From the NCBI GenBank assembly GCA_051362555.1, contig CM120645.1:19654001-19718000 (forward strand): a stretch of 64,000 nucleotides of DNA. The letters run 5' to 3'. This stretch comes from Lingula anatina. Its lineage: Eukaryota; Animalia; Brachiopoda. Both the position numbers and the translations under genes were made by a program. Below the pieces are notes generated by a model that worked only from the letters and a program-made list of their open reading frames with translations, did no database searches and was not told the origin of the DNA. Positions 37,858-51,722 of this stretch are shown piece by piece (position 1 is the first letter of the stretch; each line of letters starts with the position of its first letter).

Positions 37858-40800
37858 TTTAAGGTTAATTTATGTGTTATGTTATCCAATGTTAGTTATA
37901 CAGTAGGGTTATATATATATAGTAATCTGTTATATTCTAAAATATAAAATTTCTATCAGTCATTTTTTTATTTTTTTATTATATAAACCTAAATTTTAAA
38001 AGTGATCTGTGAAATTTATTTTGTGACATTTTTTTCTGTTTGTAAGGGTTTCAAGGCTCCTTCCAAATGAAACTATTGGCCTACATAGATTGATCTTTTT
38101 CTGCAGGCACTGTTGCTGAATGCAGTCAGATAAACAGATTAACATGCCTCTTCTTGTTTCCAATGTACTGGAATCACCAGCTTTTCTACAGCTGCCCAAT
38201 GCCAGGAGGAGACCTTTTAATCTGCTAATCTGATTACAAGTGAGAGTCCCTGGGGAGTTGGATTGACCTATGTACACCTACAGTAAACGGTGATGGCTCG
38301 ATCAATTCAAACTGGAAAAAGTCATAGATTTTTAAGATACATAATTTTCGAATCATTAAAAATACATTTCTGTGTAGCATTTTGGTGCTTTTGCTGTATA
38401 GAGTAGAACGATTTAGTAGTCTGCTTTTCAATTGTGTAGTAATGTTCTAATTTTTTAAAACAATATATTACTTAAAAAAAATACAGTATCTGTAAAATTC
38501 ACAAATATGATCAAGCCATTACCGGAGTTTCATTGGGAGTGAACCCTTAAACCTATATTGACAGGGTAGGTTTATCAATCCTGTATAAAGGTGCTTAATA
38601 CATAACAATTTCTCAATGAGTTTTTGACAGATAATGTAGGTGCAATCTCTGCATAAGATGTTAGTTTAATGTAATTTACAATGTATGTTATGCTGATTCA
38701 TTGCCAGATAATTTGCTATTTTAGTCAAGTAATAGTGGATGTCATATACTCCCAATATATACTTAAAAATTCTAGGGTTTTTAATCTTACGTGACTAAAA
38801 CCTATTTTACTTTTTCATAATGACAATTTTATTGTGAACATTGTGGCAAGTGTTAGTTTTGATTGACACGATTTTTAAAATTTAAATACAATTTAACACC
38901 ATGAACAAAGGATATTCCTCAAATTAAACATCCCAATCACTGGTTCTGATTTCAGAGTAAGGAAGACTCCTTGTTTTGAATAATTATTTATCTTAAACAA
39001 TTGTGGAACTTGTTTTTGTTTGGTGTTGGGTGTTAGATAACTTGGATCTGTTTTATTTGAACAAATTTCCTGGTACCAAAATGATGAGGAATGTGTTTTT
39101 TGTACTATTATCATATTTTGTTTATCTGTTAATCTGGTGGCATGCATCGAGAGTCCCGGCAGAGTTGAACCAATCTCTGTAGAATAATAGTTTCATTGAG
39201 AGTGAGCCAGGCGTTAATCACTGGTTGTCAGTGGGTGGCGTTAGCCACTAGTCCCTTGTCCACAGACTGTGTTCTCACTTCAAAATACGGAAGACTCTCT
39301 GTATTTTTAATTATTATTAATCTCAAACAAATATCTGAAGCCAAAGTCTGTTGTGTTAAGATGTTCAATGTACTGTATTAGTTTGTCTTTTGTAAATTAT
39401 AAAATTAATTGCAGTTCCATTCATTTTTTGTAGCACAGTGTTCGTAGAAGTTACGTGAATGTTATGAGAATTGAACAAAGTATCTCTTTTTCTGGGTCTC
39501 TCAAGTTAATAATCATATTTTTATAAGATCAGTAAAAAATAATTGAGTCGTTGTATAAATGAAATATGTAGCAAAAACTATTAATCTTTTATATAAATTT
39601 TGAATTTTCTAGATGGCGATAAGCTTTTCTTATAATAAAAATCAATGTGTAAAACTTTTTATTCTCGTTTCATTTAAGTCAACTAGTGCTGCTACCACTG
39701 CAATCTCTGGGCATTTAATAGGAAGCGGCATCACTAACAACACGGGCATTTCTTAAAGAATTGAATGAAAGTGGATTTGAAAAACTTTTTACCTTATATG
39801 TAAACCTCGTCTTGTTTAACTTATCTAAGTCCAAATAATACTTTTTGATCATTTTAACAGTAAAATTATGGCCATAAATTTATGTCACCAAAAGTAATTT
39901 ATCACCTGTCGCTCCTTGCCACCCGTCTAGGATAATTTTTTTATCAGAAATTGTGCAGAATTCAACCCAAAAGTCAGTGCTTGAAATGATGGCGGGGCAT
40001 GTTTACGGATCTTTAAAACTTTCCCCAGGTTCTTACAGAGTTATGGCAAGGAGGGAGAACGAAAGATCACGAAAGGCCGGTCAGTCGGTAAAATTCTGTC
40101 CGTCTTCCGGAAGACCCAGAAGACGGTTGCCGTCCGCGCTTTAAGGCCAAAATTAATTTTTTTCTTTTGAAAAACAAAGCATTGCCTACGGAATTTAACT
40201 GCAGTTGTTATTTCATATTTTCAAAAATCCCCGTACAAATTCAATTGTCAAGGAATCTTTAAAATTAATGTACAGTGTACCAGTATGTTGATGCCTTGCT
40301 ATTTTTATGCGTTTTTATAAACTATTGAAATTCCAGTTGTAAATAAATAAAATAATCTATACAGGAGGACTAATTTGTCGAGTAGCCAGCTAGTTTTCTG
40401 AATCTAATGAATTTTTAAAATATTAAATATTGATGGTTTGCATAACTTATTCCCAATTTGATATCAAAGTAGTAAAAATGGTCCCCGTTTTAGAAAAATA
40501 AAAAAACTTAATTGACTAGTTGGCTTATGAAATAAGCCTACTACACTGTAGCCAACAGAAAGCGTTACACAAAGAATCTAATGATCTTGTTATTTGCACT
40601 TTTTATTATTTGAAATTTTCATCATGTTATTATATCCCGCGAAATACCACTCTAGGGTCGTATTCAAAAACTTTCTGATATTCTTTTCCAATATACACAC
40701 TACAATTAATTTTATAAATTGCTGATTTACTGGTATATTGACTTTTAAGTCACACGTATTTATATTAAGCCTAGGAACTTACATTAAAAAAGATTAGCCT

Positions 40801-41186
40801 GCCAAAGCACCGCTAAACAGAAACCCCAAATTTTCCTTCAAATTTGAAGTAGAAAATGTTAACGTTTCTCGAAGACGTATCTCACCTGTAAGCAAGTTAG
40901 TAGAAGTCGGTATAGCATATTGCGTTTATCAAAATCATTTAGTGGTTGCTTTGGGCAATAACAATATATTTTCAACCTTATAACCTGAACTGTCACCATG
41001 AAAATTGCCCATTTAGGGCGCATGCATATTACACGTGATTGGTATATCCTTAAAAGGCAAAACACATTGTGACGTCATTGGCTCGTGCTGACGTTACCAG
41101 GCAGCACAAAAGCTATTGGAGATATGCTGCGCGCAAGCGAAGTGAATACAGCGATTTTCTTTTGAGTAAAATAGACAATATACGCG

Positions 41187-42059
41187 ATGATAGTTGCGTC
41201 GCATTTGGCCTTTTTAGGCATGAAATACAGTTACATGTATATTTTTCACAGAGACATATTCAGACTAGAGAACGAGGTAAGATATTGCTTTTTAGCTCAA
41301 CAAATATCGAAAACTCAACTGTTGGTATCAATATACCTGTACATCATCCCCAGTAGGGCCAGTACAGCTGTTTATTACTTTCTCCCTATTTATCAAAATA
41401 AGATTCCGTGTGACTTCTTTAAAGTTCGGTTTTAGAAGCATTTGGGCCATTTTATTTAAGTATCTATTTTACTAATTTTAACAATTTCACTCGCAAAGTA
41501 AGATTCAATTTTAAACGTAAGTCCTGGTAACTAAGAGCGAGGTTTCAAATATTTCATATTTTGGATATGCTCAGGTAAAAATGAATTTAAATCTACAGTT
41601 TCCCACTTTTATCAAATTTCCTTTATTCACTGTTAAGGTGCGGGCTCTTTTTTGGAAGGAAGACACGATGCTTCCGATTTTGGGAGGTGGAGGATTCGGT
41701 TCAGTGTACAAGGTATTCACCCTGAGCTTCAGAGATAACTTGACACTAACCTCTTCACTAATAGCCTATCATCATCGTGTCATCGTGTATTCACAGTAGT
41801 TTCACTTTCATGGGTCAAGTAACTTGACACGATGATGATAGGCTATTAGTGAAGAGGTTAGTGTCAAGTTATCTCTGAAGCTCAGGGTGAAGGTATTGGA
41901 CTTATCATGACAAACAAATATATTAAGAAATTTTATTATACAAAGCCAAGTGTCTTTAAATTAATTAAATTACTATCACTTAACAATGTATCACAATTAA
42001 ACAATTTGGGAAAATATCTGAAATGTGCATCGGAACTAAGATTAATGTCAATCTGATGA

Positions 42060-42104
<45 letters not shown>

Positions 42105-45022
42105 TATACATGTATCAGTAGTAATTATTGTATTCACAGTAGTTTCACTGTTTTATATTCTGATGAGCCGTAGGGCTTAAAGGTTAATAAATTGAACTGA
42201 CAAACAAACGAAAGTGATACTGGGATAGAGGGAGTAACAATAGTAGTAGCATAAGTACACGGTCATGACAGTAATTATAGTTTTAGATTTGATAGTAGTA
42301 GCAGAAGAACAAGATATGTTTACTGTGTTTAGTCATGTAGTAATGTTACCAGTTTATTTTTGCTATTATTATTTATGGATACGACATTTCACTAACCGTT
42401 CGAAATATTTTACATTTAGTTTAAAAACAACCTAGCATTGAAGGTGCCTACCTCTGAGGCCTATGCAAGGTCCATCTACAGTGAAGTTTCTTTTATGAAG
42501 AGGATAGACAGCAAATTTATATTAAGGTGTTTTATCAGTTGAATACAAACAATTTAATATTTTGATTTATCTGTAAGCTTGCCTATGAAACACGGATGTC
42601 CTTTATGGAATACGCCAAGTAATAATCTCTTCACCTTATTTAATGTTTAACACATGCAATAATCGACACCTTTCACAATAACATTAACTTTAATTTAATG
42701 AGTATTAGTACATACTGGACATCATAAAACTCATAAACTGTAACTGTAAAATCTCAATTATTTATCATACAATGAGAAATTCCTATTTACAGATTCAAAA
42801 TTTTTTGTCCGCTCGATTTAGTTTATGTCAGTCTGATATAAAAAATTACTGTTCCAGGCTCGTTCACTCATTTGATGTTAGGCCTGGGTTTCCCGTTCTA
42901 CTATCGGAATTGTGTCCGATGGATCTGGAAATTCTCCAAGAGTATTGGGAGACTTTCTTGTAAGTAACTATATTACTTTCTTTTCTTAATATAATACTTT
43001 CGTTTTTCCCGATTTTATCTGGTTCGATTATAAAAAATATCTATTTCATGGAAAATTCGTTATTCAACAAAATTTTATTTCCTTTAATGCTGACATGAAT
43101 ATCATACTGACAGTTGCTTTTATTTATCTATTAGGGACAAAGTTCCTCTTCAGATGGTGAAATATATTGCCACGTGCGTCTGTATGGCTATTGGGCACCT
43201 GCACCAACGGAACGTAGCCCATTTTGACATAAAAACGAACAACGTGTTGATAAGTCTACATGGGGTCCCTAAACTGGTAAGATGTTTGCTTTGCTGTGGT
43301 TCAATTTGTATATCTGAGTAAATAAATTCAGGTTATTTTTCTCTTCTCGCTATGACGTTCCTGGGTCGGGCCTAATTTTGGATACTGTCGAGCTTTTCGA
43401 TAAGACTTGATTTTACATACCTAAAATGACTATTCATGTGTCACCGATGTGCCATAATCTGAATTAAAACATTTTATGACAGGTAAAAATATGGTTTTGT
43501 ATAAGATTGATAAAAGAAGATTTTGGATGTAATCAACACATTCATTATGGCAACCAGAACATTATCTTTTTTATTTAAATTTTAAATGCGGATTATTTTC
43601 TTTCAGTGTGATCTAGGATCTGTTCACCCTCTAAATGATGCCGGAGAGAGTATCGATGCGGTGCAATTTATGAACTTCACACTCTATAAAAACATGACAC
43701 CAGAGGTACTGAGGGGTGGCGCCGCCTCGCGGAGAGCCGATTTCTACGCATTGGGTGTCATGTTGTTTGAACTAATGGAGGGAAGGTAATAAAGGCTACA
43801 GTTATTTAAATAATGACTGAACTGTTATTCATGCTTGGCCTTTATTTCTGATAGAAAATATTAGGCCAAAATAACACCCTCCTTTCTAGTAGTGTAAACA
43901 GGAAAATTAGAATATGAGCAGTAGTTTTTTTTTTTTTCAAAAATACTTCAGAATTTTAGAACAGTAGAAAGTGTTGGAAGACAGAAATTAATTTTGGTCG
44001 ATTTATTTAGACACCCACTTTGGACTGAATTGCCAACCAGAGCAGAAGCCAGAAGAAAAATCCTCCAAGGCACCATCATCTACACAGATACAGAACATGT
44101 CTTCAGGGATCTAATTGACAGATTAGTATGGTAGGCAATACTACACTATGACATACAACTACATGAATCATTTAGTGAAATGACCTGAAACACTCTATCA
44201 GTAGACTTTAAACATTGGCCTGTCTAGAGACACAAAAGTACATATTTGTACTTTTCAAAATAAGTCGTATTAACTTCGTAGAAATCGTTTGTCTTCAGTT
44301 TCCATTGTCCCCAGTTGGTCTCAGAACTGTCAGCACAGATTGAACTATTTTTCCTATTTCATTTCAGCGAAGTGGACCAAAGAATTGACAGCATGACTGG
44401 CCTTTTAAGTCATCGGTACGAATTTCATCAATGTATTTTTCTTCCTGCAAGGCTCGCTATAGCTAACAATTTTATTTAACTTTTTAAAGCCATTTTTTCA
44501 AATTATTTATCTATTTATATTTTTTGTATTTTATCTATTTTCTTCATTTATTCACTATATTCATTTGTCTATATATCTATTAAAATTGTATATTTATTTA
44601 TTTTAATGCAGATGGCTCTGTGACTACTACGTTAATAATTTCCCAACCGATGTGGTCACCTCTCCCATTTTAGACATTGCTCAGGTAACGCCTGGATATA
44701 TTACACTGATCGCTTCTAATAAAATAATTACTCGCTGGTTCCTTTAGAGCGAACTTTCACCGACTTCACACAATTTTTACATGTATATAAGTCAAAATAA
44801 CCCAGTGTCAAAGGCTCTATAGCCTACATGCAGGTAATGGAAAAAGATGGAATTTGTTTTCTTTAAACATCCAATGCTTGAAAATTGAGATACATGTATA
44901 GTTAACAGACTACTTATATGCAGTTTTTTTCATCATGATAGGAAGTGTTGGCAGAAGAACAGCTTGAGATGGGTCCTCTGACTGCAAACAGCAGCGTCCG
45001 CAATATTGTTGACAATGGCTAG
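41187..45022 (+). CDS. Protein kinase copy 4 (apparently intact, inverted, more diverged)
   Basis: Same 10 exons: MIVA...LENE, VRALFW...VYK, FKNNLALK, RLVHSF, HFDIKTNN, CDLG...TPE, HPLWTELP, CEVDQR, WLCDYY, EVLAEE...DNG*. Confidence 0.85.
41718..41889. mobile_element. Internally deleted member of the 8-bp-TSD CACCCTGAG family
   Basis: Same TIRs as 17467-18070; TSD aaggtatt at 41710-41717 and 41890-41897. Confidence 0.93.
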
Positions 45023-45578
45023 AGGACTGCAGTAAACCACCGGCTGCTTCAATACTTCCCTCAAGTTTCACGATTCATTTTGAAGTAGCCCATTCTACAG
45101 CCGACTCAATGAAACAAACCACCGACTTCATTACATATAGACGGCTTTATAACTTAAGTCTACAACAGCTTAGAACGATTAATTAAATATCTGCTAAAAC
45201 ATTCAAAAATCAAGAATTGAAAGATTCTAATTCACGTTTTCTTTACACTGCTTACAGTTTTACCAAGTTAAAAAATTAAAGCTAATTTTATGTGCACAGA
45301 ATAGTGACCATTTATAAAAACATAATCATGTACGGGTAATTCTGATAATTACTATATTGTAAATTGTTTTGTTACTTTGATTACAGAAAATATTAATAAA
45401 TTTTTTGAAACTTTAATTCCTCATCCCTCATTGCCTATCTTACTCAAATTCCAATATTTTATGAAAATAATGACCCCCCAAAGCATTTTAGCAAAGGCCG
45501 TAGGCCTATATAAGAACTACATAAAAAAGAACAAAGGGCAAGGAATGTGTAAATCCTGGCAGATCTTTGAAAACTTAA

Positions 45579-45916
45579 AGGGATAATAACTCTTCGTTTC
45601 GGCCAAAAAATGAATTTTCCTGGAGTAAACAACAATTTTCCCATACTTACCAATGGTTAATGAATCCATTTTTACATTCAAAGTTATTCCCTGGTTTTTT
45701 TCTAAAAAGTTTGGTTTTTTGTTAAAATCTCTTAAGAGATTTTAACAGAGTATAGCCATCAATGGAGGTCACGTGGTCTAAAGACAAGCTTAGATATCAG
45801 AAAAAAAATCTATAACTGCCGTTTTTGTGGTAAAACAAAATATATTATATTTCTGTGAGTTATTCGCAATGTTTTTATTGTGAAATATATTTCTCATACG
45901 AAGAGTTATTATCCCT
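45579..45916. mobile_element. Kolobok-like MITE, second copy
   Basis: TTAA flanks; same TIRs and body as 29113-29449. Confidence 0.88.
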
Positions 45917-46676
45917 TTAACAATAACGACGTTAGCGGTGATAAACGACGACACCTTTAAAGAGAAGGTTGAATCCCAGCTCCCAATAATGGAGGCAAGC
46001 ACCGAAAATAGTGGCTTCATACAAAACTGACACAGTGAACTCGTGGACAAATCTAAATTCAGAAACTATTTGCCAATTCAAAAATAAATTTGAAAAAGAA
46101 AATAATCTGAACGTTGTTCGTGATGCTGAAAAAAGTTGTTTTCGCACAAGTGCATATAGGGTTCACATAGTGCGTCATCGTGGGTCGTTATCTGACCGAT
46201 CTGGTAAGTATTTCGATAGGTAGCAAAGTCCACGTTGCGGCTATTAAGAAGAAGGGGGTGGCCATCGTGACACTCAAGCAAGCTTTGACTTCTTTTTTGA
46301 TTCGTCACTTGCTTCTTATTTCATCATTCGTAATAAAAACTTTAAAAATTTGGGAATTTTCAGTAACTTATACTTATACTCCTATATGTTGCCTATGCTT
46401 TTGGAATTTTTTTTTTTTTTTTTTTTTTTACTAATTGCCGATCGACAGTTCTAACCTCCACATAAAGGAGAGGTTGAATAGATAACACATTTTGCCCTGT
46501 TTTTTGCACGTACGGTTAACCTACTTTAGACTGACTCAGATTTATTTTTAACTCTCAGATCTTTCACAACAGTGCATAATAGTGTCATCAGCTTCAGCAA
46601 TAGGTAACCAGTATATGTCGTGTCATTATAAAACCTGTTGACAAACCAACCGTGGACACTTTACCTCTGTTCAAGG

Positions 46677-47089
46677 ATGTCGATGTTGGACATTTGGTGG
46701 CTTCCTGACTGGGTCCTGCTGCTTGTCGTGATCGCAGTCTTGACTGTCCTATATTCCCGCTACTTCGCCGATAACCGAGTGAAGTATGGTGTACCGGGGC
46801 CAGATCGGTGGCCCTTTGTAGGGCATTTGCCTCTTGTGTTCAAACTTGGCTTCCTCGAGTTCCACAAGCATCTTTGCAATAAATATGGTAACGTTACACA
46901 GCTACTGCTTCCTAATTAATCTGCATCAATCTTTGCTTTTAAGAATTTAGATTCAGATTTAAGACTTAGATTTTGAGATGCAGTTGGCATGCATGCCGCA
47001 TGAGATTCGCCTACCTGGTACATGTACTGTAATATGAAAAATGAGATCAAGGAAAATGTATCTTTGAGAAGCCAATTAATTTACCATAT

Positions 47090-47132
<43 letters not shown>

Positions 47133-49331
47133 TAATAAGGTTATGGGCACCCAGTGAGCTTTAGACCTACATGTTACATTGTAGTAAAATTTCATTTTCC
47201 TTGAAATTTCAAATCACCAAGTAATTTCACATTAAATCCATCCAAAGAATTACATGCAAACAAGAATCTGTTTTATTTATGGTTCTTCTGATAAGGGTGC
47301 AGTAGCTGGTATTTACAAATTGCCATCACCTTTGTTTGTCCAGGTGATTTCAGTTTGAATTTCCTGAACAGTAATTGATCTCTGCTACTGATCCATTCTT
47401 TATTGTAGGGATGGAAATTAAGATAATTTCAATTCAATTCAGTTGCTGCCTATATAATACTTAAGTTATCTGATCTAAGGGACTGTTCCCATTACCCTAT
47501 CAAACTAGCTGGATCGATCTAACTGTGCAGTGATTCTCTCTAAATTGCTTACAGTTGAGACACTTTAAATGTCTGGCACATCTCGTAGCTCAAAGTACTT
47601 GGGTTAAATCAGGAAACTGTGGTCCAAGATGTTATTCATGTTGCTTTGTGAAGGGGCGTGCCAGACAAGATAGATCCTGCTAAGGTTATGGGAACACAGC
47701 CTAACATTTTATCACAAGTAACCCAATGCTGTCACAATTATCACAATGTTGTCACAACTTAAATGATAATGAATGAACTAACACAAAACTGTCACAGCTG
47801 CCACAACTCGAGTATTTTTCTTTACTTCTAGGTAAGGTGGTTGCCTTGTCTCCTGGTACCTTAGATGCAGGGATGGGAACACTGCTTATATCTGACCTGG
47901 ATATGATCAAAGAGATCTTGGTCAAGCAGGGGAGCATCTTTGTTGACAGAAATGTTGATGAAAAAACCCAGGTGAGGCCTTTGAACAAAACAATACTGAG
48001 TTTGAAGGGCGACGAGTGGAAACAAGTCCGTGGCACGATGACACCGACATTCAGCTCGGGGAAGTTGCGTCAAATGAATGGCCATATTGTGGATTGCGCA
48101 AAGACAACAGTGAAAAATCTTCAGGAAATTGCCAAAAAAGATGGAAGTTTTGATGCGGAGGAAATCTGGGGAGCCTTTGCCATGGACAGCATCTGCGCCA
48201 CTGCTTTTGGAATCAAAGTTGACTCCCAGAACAACCCTGAGGAACCCTTTGTTACCAATGCAAGACAGCTACAGAATGCAAGTCTGGCAAACCCTTTTCT
48301 TCTGCTCTTTCTTTTCTTTCCTCGCCTGATGGTTTGGTTTGAGCCGCTCCTTCCATATCTCATTGGAAGTTTTATCAAGCCTATCCGTTTTTTTCAACGT
48401 GCAACGGATGACCTTTACGATGAAAGTCAGAAGTCCAAAAATGAGAAGGCCATTGATTTTGTCCACCTGATGCAGAAAGCCCATGAGCTTCATATGGACT
48501 ATGATGAGCTGGCAGATGATGTGAAGGAGGTTGGGAAGTGGAAGAAGAGGGCCCTGACAAGGGATGAGATTGTGGCCAATGGAATAGTGTTTTTCTTGGC
48601 AGGTTGGTGAAATCTAATCATTCATAGAAGAATTAACATATCTGATGAGATTGAAGTGTGACAGAGATGTTAATTGTGACAAATAATTGTGTTGGTTGAG
48701 ACAGATAATTACATGGAATACCAGCTTCTAAAGAATACTCTGTTTTCTTCCAGGATTCCGTAACACAATGTCAACTTTGAGCTTTATGTGTTACAACTTG
48801 GCTATCTACCCTGAAATCCAGGAGAGACTGCAGAAGGAGATAGATGACACCCTCCAGGGAACAGACCCCAGCTACGACAACGTGGCCTCTCTGCAGTACC
48901 TGGACCAGGTGATGTCAGAAACCTTGAGAATGTACCCTCTTGGCTTTGTGTTGGACCGCGTCCCAAATCAAGATACCACAGTGAAAGGTATGATCATCCC
49001 CAAAGGAACCGGTGTTATCGTTCCAGTCTACGCCATTCATTTTGACCCAGAGCTGTACCCAGACCCTGAGAAGTTTGACCCCGAGAGATTCACCCCAGAG
49101 GAGAAGGCAGACAGGAATCCCTATAGTTACATGCCATTTGGAATGGGACCACGGAATTGCATTGGTATGCGCCTGGCGCTGCTTCAGATGAAAGTTGCGA
49201 TAGTGAAGGTGCTCCAGAACCTCACTTTCAAAACTTGTGAGAAGACCCAGATACCACTGAAGTTCATGAAAAGTCGCCCATTTACACCTGAAAAAGGAAT
49301 CTGGCTCAAAGTTGAGGAGAGATGCCCATGA
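46677..49331 (+). CDS. Cytochrome P450, clan-3-like, copy 2 (519 aa)
   Basis: Exons 46677-46887, 47832-48602 and 48754-49331 (211+771+578 nt). PFGMGPRNCIG; the I-helix reads AGFRNT. Confidence 0.95.
47479..47701. mobile_element. Harbinger-like MITE
   Basis: TAA flanks; gggactgttccca...tgggaacacagcc termini. Confidence 0.6.
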
Positions 49332-49900
49332 GTGTTTTTCGCGCAATTGTGGAGCTATGATTTTCGTTCAGTGATACTTTAATTAAGTATGGATTGCCCC
49401 ATTGGCCGTAACATTCATTTATGAATTATCTAATATAATGTTATTTATAGGTCTATCAATCAACTGTTATATTTTCAAGTATAAAATTTCTATCAGTCAT
49501 TTGTGTATTTTTGTAATATACAAACCTAAATTTCAAAAGTAATCTGTGAAAATTATTTAGTGACAGTTTTTTATTTGCAAGAGCCTTGTGGCTCATTCCC
49601 AATGAAATTATTCGTCTATGTACCAGTAGATCAATGTAATTCTGTCTGGACTTTCACTGAATGCAAACAGATTGATAGATACAGGCCTCCTCTTGTTTCC
49701 AATGTTTCCAGTGCACTTAGTCAGTGCCCTGCAGAGTTAGATTGATCTATGTAGACCACTAGTGCCATTGGGAAGCCCTGAAATTTATGTCTACAGAGTA
49801 GGTTCATCAATCCTGTATACAGGTGCTAAATGCATAACAGTTTCTAAATGTTTTTTTACAGATGACATAGATGCCATCTTTGCATAATATCTTATTATAT

Positions 49901-49954
<54 letters not shown>

Positions 49955-51688
49955 CCGATTCATTGCCAGATAAACTGCTATTCTAGTCAAATAGTAGTGG
50001 ATGTCATATGCTCCCAATTTATACTTAAATATTCCAGGGGTTTTGATCTTTTACTATTTTATAAAGACAATTTTATTTTGAATATTGTGGTAACTGTTAG
50101 TTTTTATTAACCAGATTTTAATTTAAATATAATTCCACACCATGAACAAGGGTTATTCCACAAATGAAAAATCATAATCACTGGTTTTGATTTCAGAATA
50201 AAGAAGGCTCAGTGTAACTTGAATTATTATTTACCTCAAACAAATGTGTAACTTGTGTTTGTTTAGCATTTTCTATAACTAATCTCTACGTTGCCCAACT
50301 CATTCCAGTTTAATTTGAACAAATTTCCTGGTACCAAAGTGATGAGGAATGTTCTATTGTACATTTATCATATTGTGTTTAATTGTTAATCTGATTGCAT
50401 GCTCTGGCCGAGAGTTTCAGCAGAGTTGAATCAATTTCTCTAGACCAATAAGTTCATTAGCCAGGCATTAATCACTGGTTCTCTCTGTGTTAGCCACTGG
50501 TCCTTTGCCTGTGGCCAGTCAAATTTTGTTTGGACCAGTAGATTTTTCAGAATGTGTGAATTTAGTGGTCTTTGAAATGTGACTGTTATATGGTGATTAA
50601 AAAAATGTTTGAAAAAAGTCAAGGTTTAGATTTTACTTATATTAATGCAATTATGGAAAATGTCCAGTCTTATTGAAGTTTTTATTAGGACCAGTAAATC
50701 TTTAGACTGGGTTGCCATGCCTAGATACCTTTCGAATCAGCTAGGGGGTAAAAATAATTACACCCTCACAGCTTTACTAGGCGTGACGGACATTTAAGCC
50801 GGTTAGATGATAGCAATTTAGTGAGACCCCCCCCAGGGAGATAGATCGATCCAAATATATGTGGGAATGGTCCCTTAATTCAGACCTGTAGATTTGAGTA
50901 GTGGTCCAAATGGCCAGTTAGGTAAAAGTTTATGGCACAGACTGTGCTCTGATTTCAAAATACAGAAGACTCTGTGTATCTTTAATTATTATTTATCTCA
51001 AACAAATTTTCTGGTAATAAAGTCTGCTGTCACAGTGTACTGTATTAATTTCTCTTCTCCTACATTCATCAAAATAAATAAGCTCCTTTCACTCTTTTTT
51101 TTTACGGAACAGTGGGCGTAACATATTATGAGCTTTGAAATATATAAAGAGTTAATTCTCTCAAGGAAGTCTCTCAAGTTAATAGCCCTTTTTATTCAAA
51201 AGATCAGCAAAAATAATTGGAAAATGGTATAAATGAAATATCAATTGTAGTAACGATGACAAAGACTTGGAGCTTTCAACGTACATCAACTGACTTTTCA
51301 TATAAATTCACAGGTATTTATTCTCAATATCTCCGCACTGATCACGCGTTTGTTTTCTTTCAATTTACACCTACGTGATTACTAGAAATGTTCTATTCTC
51401 ATGTTGCATTCTTCAAATTATTTCCTTCTTGTTGATGATAGACTAGTTTTTAATAAAAAAATATCTAAAATATTATTTGAACTACTAATACTTAGATCAT
51501 ATCCAAAACAGGTAAAATGAAAACAAAAATCTCTACATCTTTCACATTGCATCCACTAATTTTATCATGGACTGTATACGGTACAACCCCATAAGTACGC
51601 ATGCACTTTTATGTCGGTCTGCACGCGCCTGAGCCTGTGAAGGCGAATACGTCAGGTGCTGAGTTCGATTCCAGGATCTTCTGTCGGT

Positions 51689-51722
<34 letters not shown>

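Larger units (their letters stand above)
40244..45448. repeat. Inverted dispersed duplicate of the kinase segment
   Basis: The reverse complement matches the array from the kinase upstream region (attgtcaaggaatc vs ~20780) to the downstream flank (cctatcttactcaa vs ~15110). Confidence 0.88.

Noticed and set aside
40200-45460. Helitron or TIR element carrying the kinase
   Set aside because: No TC...CTRR ends with a hairpin, no TIRs and no TSD could be identified by eye.
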